Positions 1 to 8,290 of a stretch of DNA of 64,000 nucleotides are shown here, piece after piece. Each line of letters begins with the position of its first letter. The first letter of the stretch is position 1. The notes under the pieces are model-generated. The model saw only the letters and a program-made list of their open reading frames with translations. It was not told the DNA's origin and did not search any database. The stretch spans positions 3,049 through 67,048 of the forward strand of contig SLNP01000014.1 of assembly GCA_007132995.1 (NCBI GenBank), read 5' to 3'. The translations under genes were made by a program, and so were the position numbers. The DNA is from Bacteroidales bacterium (GTDB lineage Bacteria; Bacteroidota; Bacteroidia; Bacteroidales; VadinHA17).

Positions 1-103
1 ATAACCGAATAACCGGCAATAAGATAGTTGCGTGAAACCGCTGAGACGCCCACATTGGTCGTCTCTACAATCGTTTCTGATGATAGTGCATTTCAGCACG
101 GGT

Positions 104-232
104 TACATCAACCAATCACATACACCGATCACCGGCCGGAGGCGTTAGCCGACGGCACCAATGACCAGTCACCAATCACCAATTACCCGCGAGCGCAGCG
201 AGCCCATGCCCCATGCCCCATGCCCATATGCC
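104..232. repeat. Degenerate heptanucleotide repeat tract (ACCAATN units followed by CCATGCC x3)
   Basis: In-register heptads accaatg/accagtc/accaatc/accaatt at 157-184. Related accaatc/accgatc/accggcc copies at 111-137. Exact ccatgcc x3 at 204-224. Units are the reverse complement of the NATTGGT units at 13984-14018. Confidence 0.6.
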
Positions 233-242
233 AGCGAGCACC

Positions 243-476
243 CTACCCGACAGAACCACTATCTTCCGGTTTTCTCAGTCTGGTCCATATGGCCTTTGAA
301 ATATCGCCCACAACATATCCGGCAATGGCTCCGTAGAGGGTACTCAGATACCACACAGAGCGTATTTGGCAGGTGCCGGAGAGGCAACCTATATATTTCC
401 AATATAGAAATCCTCCAACCGCCCCAAGCAGAGTGGTGACAATTACCAGACTATGTCTTTGAATAAAATGTTTCAT
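243..476 (-). CDS. Small two-helix membrane protein with GCxSGTC motif (DUF6132-like)
   Basis: 77-aa ORF with ATG at 476. Two hydrophobic helices (VIVTTLLGAVGGFLYW, YLSTLYGAIAGYVVG) flank the motif GCLSGTCQI. The family assignment is from memory only. Confidence 0.5.
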   Translation of the reverse strand: MKHFIQRHSLVIVTTLLGAVGGFLYWKYIGCLSGTCQIRSVWYLSTLYGAIAGYVVGDISKAIWTRLRKPEDSGSVG

Positions 477-662
477 CTCTTACTATTCTGTTTTCTCTGA
501 CCGTCACGCAGCCATTTCCAAGCTGCCAAAATAAATAGTTATCTCCATCTCCGCCGCACGACCTGTTTATAATACAACAGCAGTCTGCCATATTGGTTTA
601 ACAGCCCCTGCACTATTGCCGGAAATCCTCTCCAATTGCTACCTTTGTGGAAACGGAAAGAG

Positions 663-1670
663 ATGGTTCTTCGCAACTACCCACTTGAAAAACTCAACAG
701 CTTCGGGATGAAGGTCAAAGCCTCCGCTTTTCTTGTGTTAAACTCAGAGTATGAGGCCTCAAGGCTAAGAGAGAGAGACGAGATACTGAATGGCAGGAGA
801 TTGATTCTTGGTGGTGGCAGCAATATCCTTTTCACCGAAGATTACGATGGCGTCATCATTAAGGTTGCCATTACCGGAACCGAAATAGTCGGTAGGGAGA
901 GAGACAAAATAGTTGTAAAGGTTGGCGCGGGTGTTGTATGGGATGATTTTGTTCTTTGGGCTGTGCAAAATGGTTACGGAGGAACCGAAAACCTCTCTCT
1001 TATACCGGGTGAGACAGGGGCCGCTGCAGTGCAAAACATAGGAGCCTACGGGGCAGAGGTTTCAAACCTGATCAGGAGGGTCGATGTTTGTGAGATCGAC
1101 ACAGGCAGGCATGAGGTAATTGAACAGTCAGATTGCCGGTTTTCATACAGGAGCTCCATTTTCAAGGAAGATATTAAGGGCAGTCACATGGTAACATCGG
1201 TAACCTTTGCCCTCTCCCTTAACCACACCACCGACTGCTCTTACGGCAGCCTCAGTGAATATGCAGACCGTCTCGGAGGAAGGAGCATTGAAAATGTAAG
1301 AAACGCTGTTATTCAGATACGGCAATCGAAGCTGCCTGACCCTCTGGTTACAGGAAATGCAGGAAGCTTTTTCAAGAACCCGGTTGTTGATGATTCATTA
1401 GCCCACGAACTACTGTCTGAGTATCCGGATATGCCGGTTTATGATGCAGGAGAAGGGAGAAAAAAGATTGCTGCCGCATGGCTTATAGAGAGGTGCGGAT
1501 GGAAGGGTTTTCGCAGGGGCGATGCAGGTGTTCATAAGCTTCAGGCGCTGGTTCTTGTTAACCATGGCACCGCAACCGGAAGAGAGATACTGGAGCTTTC
1601 TGAAGATATAAGGATAGATGTAGCCTCACGCTTTGGCATTAATCTCAGCAGGGAGGTAGAGCTGATATAG
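663..1670 (+). CDS. murB: UDP-N-acetylenolpyruvoylglucosamine reductase
   Basis: FAD-binding motif LILGGGSNILF, plus PGETGAAAVQNIGAYG and SYRSSIFK. The track ORF begins at TTG 636. The first ATG at 663 (MVLRNYPL) gives the typical ~335-aa length. Confidence 0.9.
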   Translation: MVLRNYPLEKLNSFGMKVKASAFLVLNSEYEASRLRERDEILNGRRLILGGGSNILFTEDYDGVIIKVAITGTEIVGRERDKIVVKVGAGVVWDDFVLWAVQNGYGGTENLSLIPGETGAAAVQNIGAYGAEVSNLIRRVDVCEIDTGRHEVIEQSDCRFSYRSSIFKEDIKGSHMVTSVTFALSLNHTTDCSYGSLSEYADRLGGRSIENVRNAVIQIRQSKLPDPLVTGNAGSFFKNPVVDDSLAHELLSEYPDMPVYDAGEGRKKIAAAWLIERCGWKGFRRGDAGVHKLQALVLVNHGTATGREILELSEDIRIDVASRFGINLSREVELI

Positions 1671-1676
1671 CAGCCT

Positions 1677-2711
1677 TTAGCGGAAAATACCCCTTTTGTT
1701 GAGCTCCCGTCTGTATTCGGCAGCATATCTGTTATGCTCCGCCAGGGTTCTGGAGAAGTGGTGGTACCCGGAGAAATCGGCCCGTGCTGCAAAATAGAGA
1801 TAGTCATGCTCCTCCGCATTGACTACGGCATTCAGTGCATTGATTGACGGAGCTCTGACAGGCCCCGGCGGCAGCCCACTGTAGCGATAGGTGTTATAGG
1901 GAGAGTCTATCTCTATATGTTCATTCAGAATCCTGGTTATTGTGAAGTCATTATGGGCGAACCTGACAGTAGGGCAAGCCTGAAGAGGCATTCCCAGTCT
2001 AAGCCTGTTGAGATACACCCCCGCTATTCTTGCCATCTCCTCAACCATATTGGTCTCTTCATCGATTATAGAGGCGACTATTGACACTTCAACAGGCGAC
2101 AGGTTATTAGACCGGGCCGCTGCCACCTTGTCATCAGACCAGAAGCTCTCATACTCGCGGAGCATTCTTCTGTAGAGAGCCTCCGGAGATATGGTCCAGA
2201 AAACCTCATAGGTGTTTGGAATAAAAACAGATATCACCGTAGCCCTGTTAAAGCCATCGGCAGAGTAGTTAGACTCATCATTAAGGAAGGAGAGCAACGC
2301 CACGGAGTCAGCCTCAATCTGGTTCCCTACCCTACCTGCAAGGTCCTCAACAACCCGGATATTGTTAAAAGTAAGCCTTACCGGCTCCTGTATACCAGAC
2401 CTGAGCATTGTGACTATCGAGTAGTTGTTGGCACCCGCTTCAATACTGTACCTTCCGGGCCTTACGCTCTTATCATAATCTCTGGCAACAGCACTGGCCC
2501 TGAAGCTGACAACACTTCTCAGTATATTTTCGCGCTCAAGATTATCTATAACATCATTGAATGAGTCGGCAGAAGAAACATAAAGGTATCTTGCCCCATC
2601 ATCATGTATGGTGTTAGGGGCAAAAAAGATGAGATAAAACGAAGCCCCTCCTGCTACCACAACAAGGAGTATAACAATTACTGTTACCCTTAAAAACAGT
2701 CTTCTACCCAT
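1677..2711 (-). CDS. mltG: Endolytic murein transglycosylase MltG (YceG family)
   Basis: N-terminal TM anchor and YceG signature ASIIDEETNMVEEMARIAGVYLNRLRLGMPLQACPTVRFA. Convergent with murB. Confidence 0.85.
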   Translation of the reverse strand: MGRRLFLRVTVIVILLVVVAGGASFYLIFFAPNTIHDDGARYLYVSSADSFNDVIDNLERENILRSVVSFRASAVARDYDKSVRPGRYSIEAGANNYSIVTMLRSGIQEPVRLTFNNIRVVEDLAGRVGNQIEADSVALLSFLNDESNYSADGFNRATVISVFIPNTYEVFWTISPEALYRRMLREYESFWSDDKVAAARSNNLSPVEVSIVASIIDEETNMVEEMARIAGVYLNRLRLGMPLQACPTVRFAHNDFTITRILNEHIEIDSPYNTYRYSGLPPGPVRAPSINALNAVVNAEEHDYLYFAARADFSGYHHFSRTLAEHNRYAAEYRRELNKRGIFR

Positions 2712-2933
2712 AGCAAACAGTACAAACGACAGGCCGGCGCGGAATCATAGCAAAAATCAGACCGCTGTTGCATAGTCGCATACTCCGGTATTATTGAGGT
2801 GCAAAAATAGAAAAGAGAATCGTTATAAGAGAAGAGGAGTAATAAATATGTTATCAACCCCCGTAAAAGAGATGGCCCGGTCATACATAATGAGCTATTG
2901 AAACGGTATGTATACCGGGGGCATTTTATAGTA

Positions 2934-3833
2934 TCAGAGAAGCGGTCTTAGAAGAGGTTTTCCCTTTCGTATCATTTCTACATAGCACTCAACCATGTCA
3001 CCATGCGGTTCAACATCACTTCTCAGTTCATGATAAAACCCATGCAGATCCCTCCCGACAAGATACCACGACCCGTCAGCACTATTTACCTCCAGTTTGG
3101 TAATGTGAATATTAATCTTCTCCCCCACCCTGTAAAACGGATTATCGGGCTCTATTATAGTTGAGCCATCGGCACGATATTTAACCACCGTACCCCTGAA
3201 TGATTTGCCGCTACTGAGGCCATAATGCTCATAATACCTCTTCACCATAGCGTGTGTTACCCCATGTTGATCTTCTACCACAAAGTACTCCTCACCATCG
3301 TAGTCAACCTCTGTACCTGTCACCTTAAAGTGGTAGCGTCCTCCCCCGTCGGGATGAGAGGCATCCGGCTCATCATCGCTAACTGACAGATAGACCCTTC
3401 CCTTTTTTATCCTGGCAACATAGAGGTTTATGGAATCTCCTGCCGCAGATATATCATAGCCATGCGGTACAGGAAGCACTATCTCCTCACCCAGGGCGCC
3501 TGTCACCACCAGCACTCTACCCTTTCTTATACGGCTTCCCTCTATCTCCCTTACAAACTTTACGGTAAAACGGTGCCACTCACCCTCTCTGTAAACAGGG
3601 TGTTCAGGCTCAAGGAAAAGCTCTCCCCTGCAATTTATCTTGTCTACCCTGCATCTGACTTTAACCCCGGGTTCAAGGTTGTACAGCGTGTATGTTGACC
3701 CATCGAAAAGAACAGCCCTGCCATTTTCACAACGGAACCGCAGCCGCCTCTCTCCGTCGGGCAGAGTAACATACTTCTCAATGGTGAAGAGATAGCTCTC
3801 CCCCTCCTTCAGCTCTCTATTCATTCTGTTCAT
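2934..3833 (-). CDS. Hypothetical protein built from four ~70-aa S1/CvfB-like repeats
   Basis: Four internal repeats start GESYLFTI, GEWHRFTV, GGRYHFKV and GEKINIHI. Each ends in a G-x3-[IVF]-x3-V-x-[KRM]-I-x3-G-x3-L type strand (VKVRCRVDKINCRGELFL, INLYVARIKKGRVYLS, FRGTVVKYRADGSTII, MVECYVEMIRKGKPLL). Confidence 0.6.
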   Translation of the reverse strand: MNRMNRELKEGESYLFTIEKYVTLPDGERRLRFRCENGRAVLFDGSTYTLYNLEPGVKVRCRVDKINCRGELFLEPEHPVYREGEWHRFTVKFVREIEGSRIRKGRVLVVTGALGEEIVLPVPHGYDISAAGDSINLYVARIKKGRVYLSVSDDEPDASHPDGGGRYHFKVTGTEVDYDGEEYFVVEDQHGVTHAMVKRYYEHYGLSSGKSFRGTVVKYRADGSTIIEPDNPFYRVGEKINIHITKLEVNSADGSWYLVGRDLHGFYHELRSDVEPHGDMVECYVEMIRKGKPLLRPLL

Positions 3834-3842
3834 AGGGATTTT

Positions 3843-5312
3843 TCAATAGAGTGGGCCCATCACCCTGGCGAGAGACTCCTTTCGTCTCCATCCAGCGGGT
3901 CTTTGCTCCCACTCCCCTCTCTCTACCTTAACAGATCGTATAAGATCCTCTTCAAAGACCTTCCGCATCTTCAATCCAAACTCCCTGTCATAAACAAGCG
4001 CGGAAACCTCAAAGTTAATATCAAAACTTCTCATATCCACATTTGCGGAGCCTACAGCCGAGAAGACATCATCTACAATCATATATTTTGAGTGGTTAAA
4101 CCCGTAGGTGTAATTATATATCTCCACTCCCGCCTCAAGCAGCTCAGCTATATATGATCTTGTATTCCAGGTAGCAACAACAGAATCTGACTTTTCCGGA
4201 AACATAAGTACTATCTGCACACCACTAAGCGAAGTTGTTTTCAGGGCGGTAAGCAGGCTCTCATCAGGTGAAAAATAGGGAGTAGATATAAAGATGGTTC
4301 TCTTTGCAGTTGCTATGGCGGCAAAATATAGCTGCATAATATTGGCCCAGTCAGAGTCGGGTCCGCTTGAGGCAATCTGAACAAGAGACCTCTGCTCTAC
4401 CCTGTTTGACGGTGAAACATAGCTTTCGCCTGAAAGTATAATACCGCTCACAAAAAACCAGTCTGTAAGAAATATTGTATTGAGTGCGTTTATCGCCTCA
4501 CCCCTGATTCTGAGATGAGTGTCGCGCCAATTACCAAGAACTCTGTCTCCCTTAAGATACTTCCGGGCAATATTCAATCCCCCTACAAAAGCGCACTCAC
4601 CATCAACAACCATTATCTTCCTGTGATTGCGGTAATTAATCTTATTGGTAAACAGAGGGAACCTTACCGGCATAAAGGGGAATATCTCAATCCCGGCAAA
4701 CCTCATAGCCGTTATGGTAGATGAAGGAAAATTCCAGCTCCCCACATCATCAAAGATAATTCTTACTTCCACACCCGAAGAGGCCTTATCCAAAAGCATC
4801 CCTATAAGCTCTTCAGCCAGCTCGTCAAAACCGAATCGGTAGAACTGCATATGGATATAGCTTCTGGCACTGCGAACAGCTTCGAACATGGCAGGAAATG
4901 TCTGATCGCCATTAAGAAGTATTTCAACCGAGTTGTTGGTTGTAAGTATTGCCTTGTCGTTATTGAGCATAAGGCGCATAAGGTGAATCTTCGACCTGAC
5001 ATCACTGCCCTCCTCCTTCAAAATATCCTCAAGTGCATCCATCTGCACCGATGCATCCACAGCTATTCTGTCAAGGTCAATCAACCCTTTTCTGGAAAAT
5101 ATCTTCTGTTTGCGGTAGTCCTGTCCGAAGAAAACAAAGAGTACTATTCCGGCAATGGGAACCATCATCACCACTACGATCCAGGCAAGAGTTTTAACGG
5201 GCGTCCTGTTCTGGAGAATTATCAGTACACATACGAAAAGGGCCGTTACTATGTATACAAACAGCAAAACGCCCTGCAGCAGGCCTGAACCAGGTTCGGT
5301 CAAAAGAGTCAT
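3843..5312 (-). CDS. cls: Cardiolipin synthase (PLD superfamily)
   Basis: Two N-terminal TM helices and two HKD motifs (NHRKIMVVDGECAFVGGLN and NHSKYMIVDDVFSAVGSAN). The track start at 5321 is GTG. The first ATG is at 5312 (MTLLTEP). Confidence 0.9.
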   Translation of the reverse strand: MTLLTEPGSGLLQGVLLFVYIVTALFVCVLIILQNRTPVKTLAWIVVVMMVPIAGIVLFVFFGQDYRKQKIFSRKGLIDLDRIAVDASVQMDALEDILKEEGSDVRSKIHLMRLMLNNDKAILTTNNSVEILLNGDQTFPAMFEAVRSARSYIHMQFYRFGFDELAEELIGMLLDKASSGVEVRIIFDDVGSWNFPSSTITAMRFAGIEIFPFMPVRFPLFTNKINYRNHRKIMVVDGECAFVGGLNIARKYLKGDRVLGNWRDTHLRIRGEAINALNTIFLTDWFFVSGIILSGESYVSPSNRVEQRSLVQIASSGPDSDWANIMQLYFAAIATAKRTIFISTPYFSPDESLLTALKTTSLSGVQIVLMFPEKSDSVVATWNTRSYIAELLEAGVEIYNYTYGFNHSKYMIVDDVFSAVGSANVDMRSFDINFEVSALVYDREFGLKMRKVFEEDLIRSVKVERGEWEQRPAGWRRKESLARVMGPLY

Positions 5313-5340
5313 ACCACCCACACCATTAAGTACCGGTCAT

Positions 5341-5374
5341 AAAAATAGGAAACTCTCTGCTATAAACAGAGAGT
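5341..5374 (-). terminator. Rho-independent terminator after the beta-barrel gene
   Basis: 8-bp stem actctctg (5352-5359) / cagagagt (5367-5374) with a 7-nt loop. On the minus-strand RNA it is followed by UUCCUAUUUUUAU. Confidence 0.55.
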
Positions 5375-5415
5375 CGCCCAAAAATATCAGTGGATGCACA
5401 AAAGCCAGTACGAAA

Positions 5416-6057
5416 TTAAAAAATCAACCCCAGACTGAGTAATATCGAGCTTGACCGTTGGTCGAGAGAAAACAGATTGCCATCGTAAAAAATCTCATCG
5501 CCAAAGGTGTTAAGATTCCCCTCATATCTCAGATCGACAGTAACCTTGTTAAAGAGGTCAACCCCTACGCCCGCCTGATATCCGAAAGTGGCAATATTCA
5601 TAATGTTTTCGTAGGTATCGGGGTCGAGAAGCTCTTTGGGGGACCCCAGCATTATAGTTGCCGCGGGGCCGGCATTAATACGGAGGAACCCCGCCCTGAA
5701 TCCAAGTAGTACGGGAATATCCATCTTATTGAACCGCTGTCTCTTCAATTGTTCGGTAACCTCTCCGGGTTCTGTTATTATAATCTTATTCTCAAGAGTA
5801 CTCAGAACAATCTCAGGCTGGAGATACACCCCAAGTATTGTAAGTCTCAGGAACATGCCTCCATGGAATCCGTAAGTGGCCTCACCGGCGCTCTGGAGTA
5901 TCAGAAGGTTTCCATCCTCATCGGTCTGGAAAGTCTGATCAAGCCTCAGATTATTGGTACTCAGCCCCGCCTTAATACCGAGATTAAGTTGTCCGAATGA
6001 GGGTACCGCAATGGTAGCGGTTAGGATAATAATGATTAGTCGTCTCATAATAAACAT
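5416..6057 (-). CDS. Outer-membrane beta-barrel protein (PorT/OMP_b-brl family-like)
   Basis: Signal peptide MRRLIIIILTATIAVPSFGQ, alternating hydrophobic beta-strand pattern, C-terminal ...LLSLGLIF. ATG at 6057 or 6048. Confidence 0.65.
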   Translation of the reverse strand: MFIMRRLIIIILTATIAVPSFGQLNLGIKAGLSTNNLRLDQTFQTDEDGNLLILQSAGEATYGFHGGMFLRLTILGVYLQPEIVLSTLENKIIITEPGEVTEQLKRQRFNKMDIPVLLGFRAGFLRINAGPAATIMLGSPKELLDPDTYENIMNIATFGYQAGVGVDLFNKVTVDLRYEGNLNTFGDEIFYDGNLFSLDQRSSSILLSLGLIF

Positions 6058-6066
6058 CTTTAATGT

Positions 6067-6264
6067 TCAACAATATCTACCGCCGCAACCCGGCAGCAGG
6101 GGATATATTCCTGGCTTAACCATTGCACAATGTTTATTGGGCCGACAGGCCTTATTTACAAGATTAAGTCCCCTATCCAGATATAACTGCCACAACAATA
6201 CCAGACAAATCATGCCGGTTAAAAAGAGGGCAAAGCCCACAGGTAAGCCTGATCTGAGGCACAC
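6067..6264 (-). CDS. Possible small Cys-rich membrane protein (uncertain; may be frameshifted with ORF 6173-6364)
   Basis: 65-aa ORF with a GTG start and one TM helix (LPVGFALFLTGMICLVLLW). Cys-rich tail ACRPNKHCAMVKPGIYPLLPGCGGRYC. The stop lies 10 nt upstream of the beta-barrel gene start. Confidence 0.25.
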   Translation of the reverse strand: MCLRSGLPVGFALFLTGMICLVLLWQLYLDRGLNLVNKACRPNKHCAMVKPGIYPLLPGCGGRYC

Positions 6265-6536
6265 CGTAAAAATAGTATTTCCAATCGATTTGAGATGCTT
6301 TATGATCTATATATCCTTTTCGGTAACCATATCGCATCCTTAAAACTGGTAATAATGGCCTCAATGCAGTACTATCGTAACATACATCATATACATTATC
6401 AACATATTACAGAGAAGCCGGGCCCCATATTTCCGGTTAAAAAAAGTTAAGCGATGGTACAGCACGATCATGAGCAGGAATTATGGCTATTTTAGTCTGA
6501 TTTAATTATCCGGAATAACTTAATACACTACTGATT

Positions 6537-8159
6537 ATGAGAAAATTATTACTATTAACCATTCTATTGCCGGTTGTTTTTGCTACAACCACCCACGCCC
6601 AGACCGACGCCATGCAGCGGGGTCTCGATGCAATAACCATTGAGGCCATACAGGGGCAGCTTGAGTTTCTTGCATCAGACTGGACCGAGGGTCGTGGTAC
6701 AGGAGAGAGGGGTATGTATATGGCATCTGACTATGTTGCCAGCATGCTTAAGATTTTCGGTGCACAGCCAGCGGGTGACAGAACAGCCGTAAGGGGGAGA
6801 CAGGCTCAAAGAAGCTATTTTCAGAACTTCTCACTTACCGAGACATTATCAACAGGGCCCTCAAGCCTGATGATCAGAAACGGATCGCATGAGATCAATT
6901 TTGATCAGGGAGTAGACTTCACCATGAGTGGAGCCTCCATGAGCATGAATTTCAATGCTCCCATCGTATTTGTAGGTTACGGTATTCAGGACGAAGAACT
7001 CGGCATTGATGACTTCAGAGGTGTCGATGTAGAGGGCAAGATAATATTAAGGTTGACCGGGTTTCATGGAATGAACGATCCCTCATCTGAAATGTACAGA
7101 AAAATTGTTGGTGATGGCTCGGTAGCAGAGGCAATGAGAGATGTTAATACCATGAAAAGTCGCGCAGCAGGCCGCCTTGGCGTTGCCGGTATCATTGAGG
7201 TAACACCCGGAGTTGATATAGCAAGAAACTGGGGTATACTCAAAGAGGGCATCGATCTGAGCTACAATGAGAGACGCTCTATGGGCAGGCCTCAGAACTG
7301 GACCAGGATGAGTCATTTCGGACCACAAATGAATGTTCCGACCCCCACCCTGACAGTAACCGAAAGAGTGGCCGATTTCATTCTCAGAGGCAGCGATGTA
7401 GGCCTTAACGAATATGTACCCGCTGCAGCCACTCCCAACAGGCGCTTCAGGGCAACCCAGCTCTCCTCATCAGCTCTTGTAACCACTGAAGTTGAGCAAC
7501 AGAGAGTCAGGGTAAGAAATGTAGTGGGCATGATAGAGGGAGAGCGTACCGACGAATTTGTAGTGGTTGGTGCCCACCTCGACCATATGGGAATGGAGCC
7601 GGGCATTGTGTGGAATGGCGCAGATGACAATGCATCGGGTGTTGTAGGTGTTATGACCATAGCCAAAGCCTTTAAAGCAGCCGGTGTAAAACCCAAAAGG
7701 ACAATCATTTTTGCTGCATGGACAGCCGAAGAGAAGGGGTTGATCGGATCCAGATATTTCACACTATATCCCCCTATGGGCGATATCTCTCAGTACAAGT
7801 TTTATCTCAACTTCGATATGATTGCGCGTGACGCTCCCAATGATACCGAAGGAAATATGGCGACCATGCAGTTTACTGACACCTATCCCAACCTTGAAAG
7901 GTGGACAAGAGAGCACAGAGACAGGTTCAACCTCAATCTGGACATAACCTACCGGGGCGGACGAGCTCCCGTTGGCGGCAGTGATTTTGCCAGCTTCACA
8001 AGGGCCGGTGTTCCCATTATAACATGGCTTGCAGGGTTCCATCCCGATTACCACAGGCCCTCAGACACAGCTGAGAAGACCAATTGGGAGAAGATGCAGA
8101 GCATCATAAAGCTGGGCTTCCTGCAGATGTGGGAGGCAGCAAACAGCGATCTGGAGTAA
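6537..8159 (+). CDS. M28 family metallopeptidase with PA domain (paralog 1)
   Basis: Signal peptide. Motifs VVVGAHLDHMG, WNGADDNASGVVGVM, AAWTAEEKGLIGSRYF and HPDYHRPSD. Confidence 0.85.
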   Translation: MRKLLLLTILLPVVFATTTHAQTDAMQRGLDAITIEAIQGQLEFLASDWTEGRGTGERGMYMASDYVASMLKIFGAQPAGDRTAVRGRQAQRSYFQNFSLTETLSTGPSSLMIRNGSHEINFDQGVDFTMSGASMSMNFNAPIVFVGYGIQDEELGIDDFRGVDVEGKIILRLTGFHGMNDPSSEMYRKIVGDGSVAEAMRDVNTMKSRAAGRLGVAGIIEVTPGVDIARNWGILKEGIDLSYNERRSMGRPQNWTRMSHFGPQMNVPTPTLTVTERVADFILRGSDVGLNEYVPAAATPNRRFRATQLSSSALVTTEVEQQRVRVRNVVGMIEGERTDEFVVVGAHLDHMGMEPGIVWNGADDNASGVVGVMTIAKAFKAAGVKPKRTIIFAAWTAEEKGLIGSRYFTLYPPMGDISQYKFYLNFDMIARDAPNDTEGNMATMQFTDTYPNLERWTREHRDRFNLNLDITYRGGRAPVGGSDFASFTRAGVPIITWLAGFHPDYHRPSDTAEKTNWEKMQSIIKLGFLQMWEAANSDLE

Positions 8160-8235
8160 TATATCAATATAGAGATTCGCAAACAGCATATAAAAGAGTT
8201 TCAGTCCGGCTTACCGGGCAGATCAGAGATAACTT

Positions 8236-8260
8236 GAGAGGGGGATATATGCCCCCTCTC
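8236..8260 (+). terminator. GC-rich hairpin between the two M28 genes (terminator-like, no U tract)
   Basis: Perfect 9-bp stem gagaggggg (8236-8244) / ccccctctc (8252-8260) with loop atatatg. Confidence 0.45.
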
Positions 8261-8290
8261 ATCACTGTAAACCATTAAATTTCAGAAATC

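Noticed and set aside
28-439. Two overlapping plus-strand ORFs (28-336, 161-439) encoding Pro/Ala/His/Cys-rich peptides
   Set aside because: They translate the heptamer-repeat/low-complexity DNA and run antisense to the better-supported membrane-protein ORF at 243-476. They have no recognisable domain, and a 7-bp DNA period cannot reflect selection on a reading frame.
2690-2884. 64-aa minus-strand ORF upstream of and overlapping the mltG start
   Set aside because: It overlaps the mltG start codon region in another frame. It has no motifs and odd composition, so it is probably noncoding promoter DNA.
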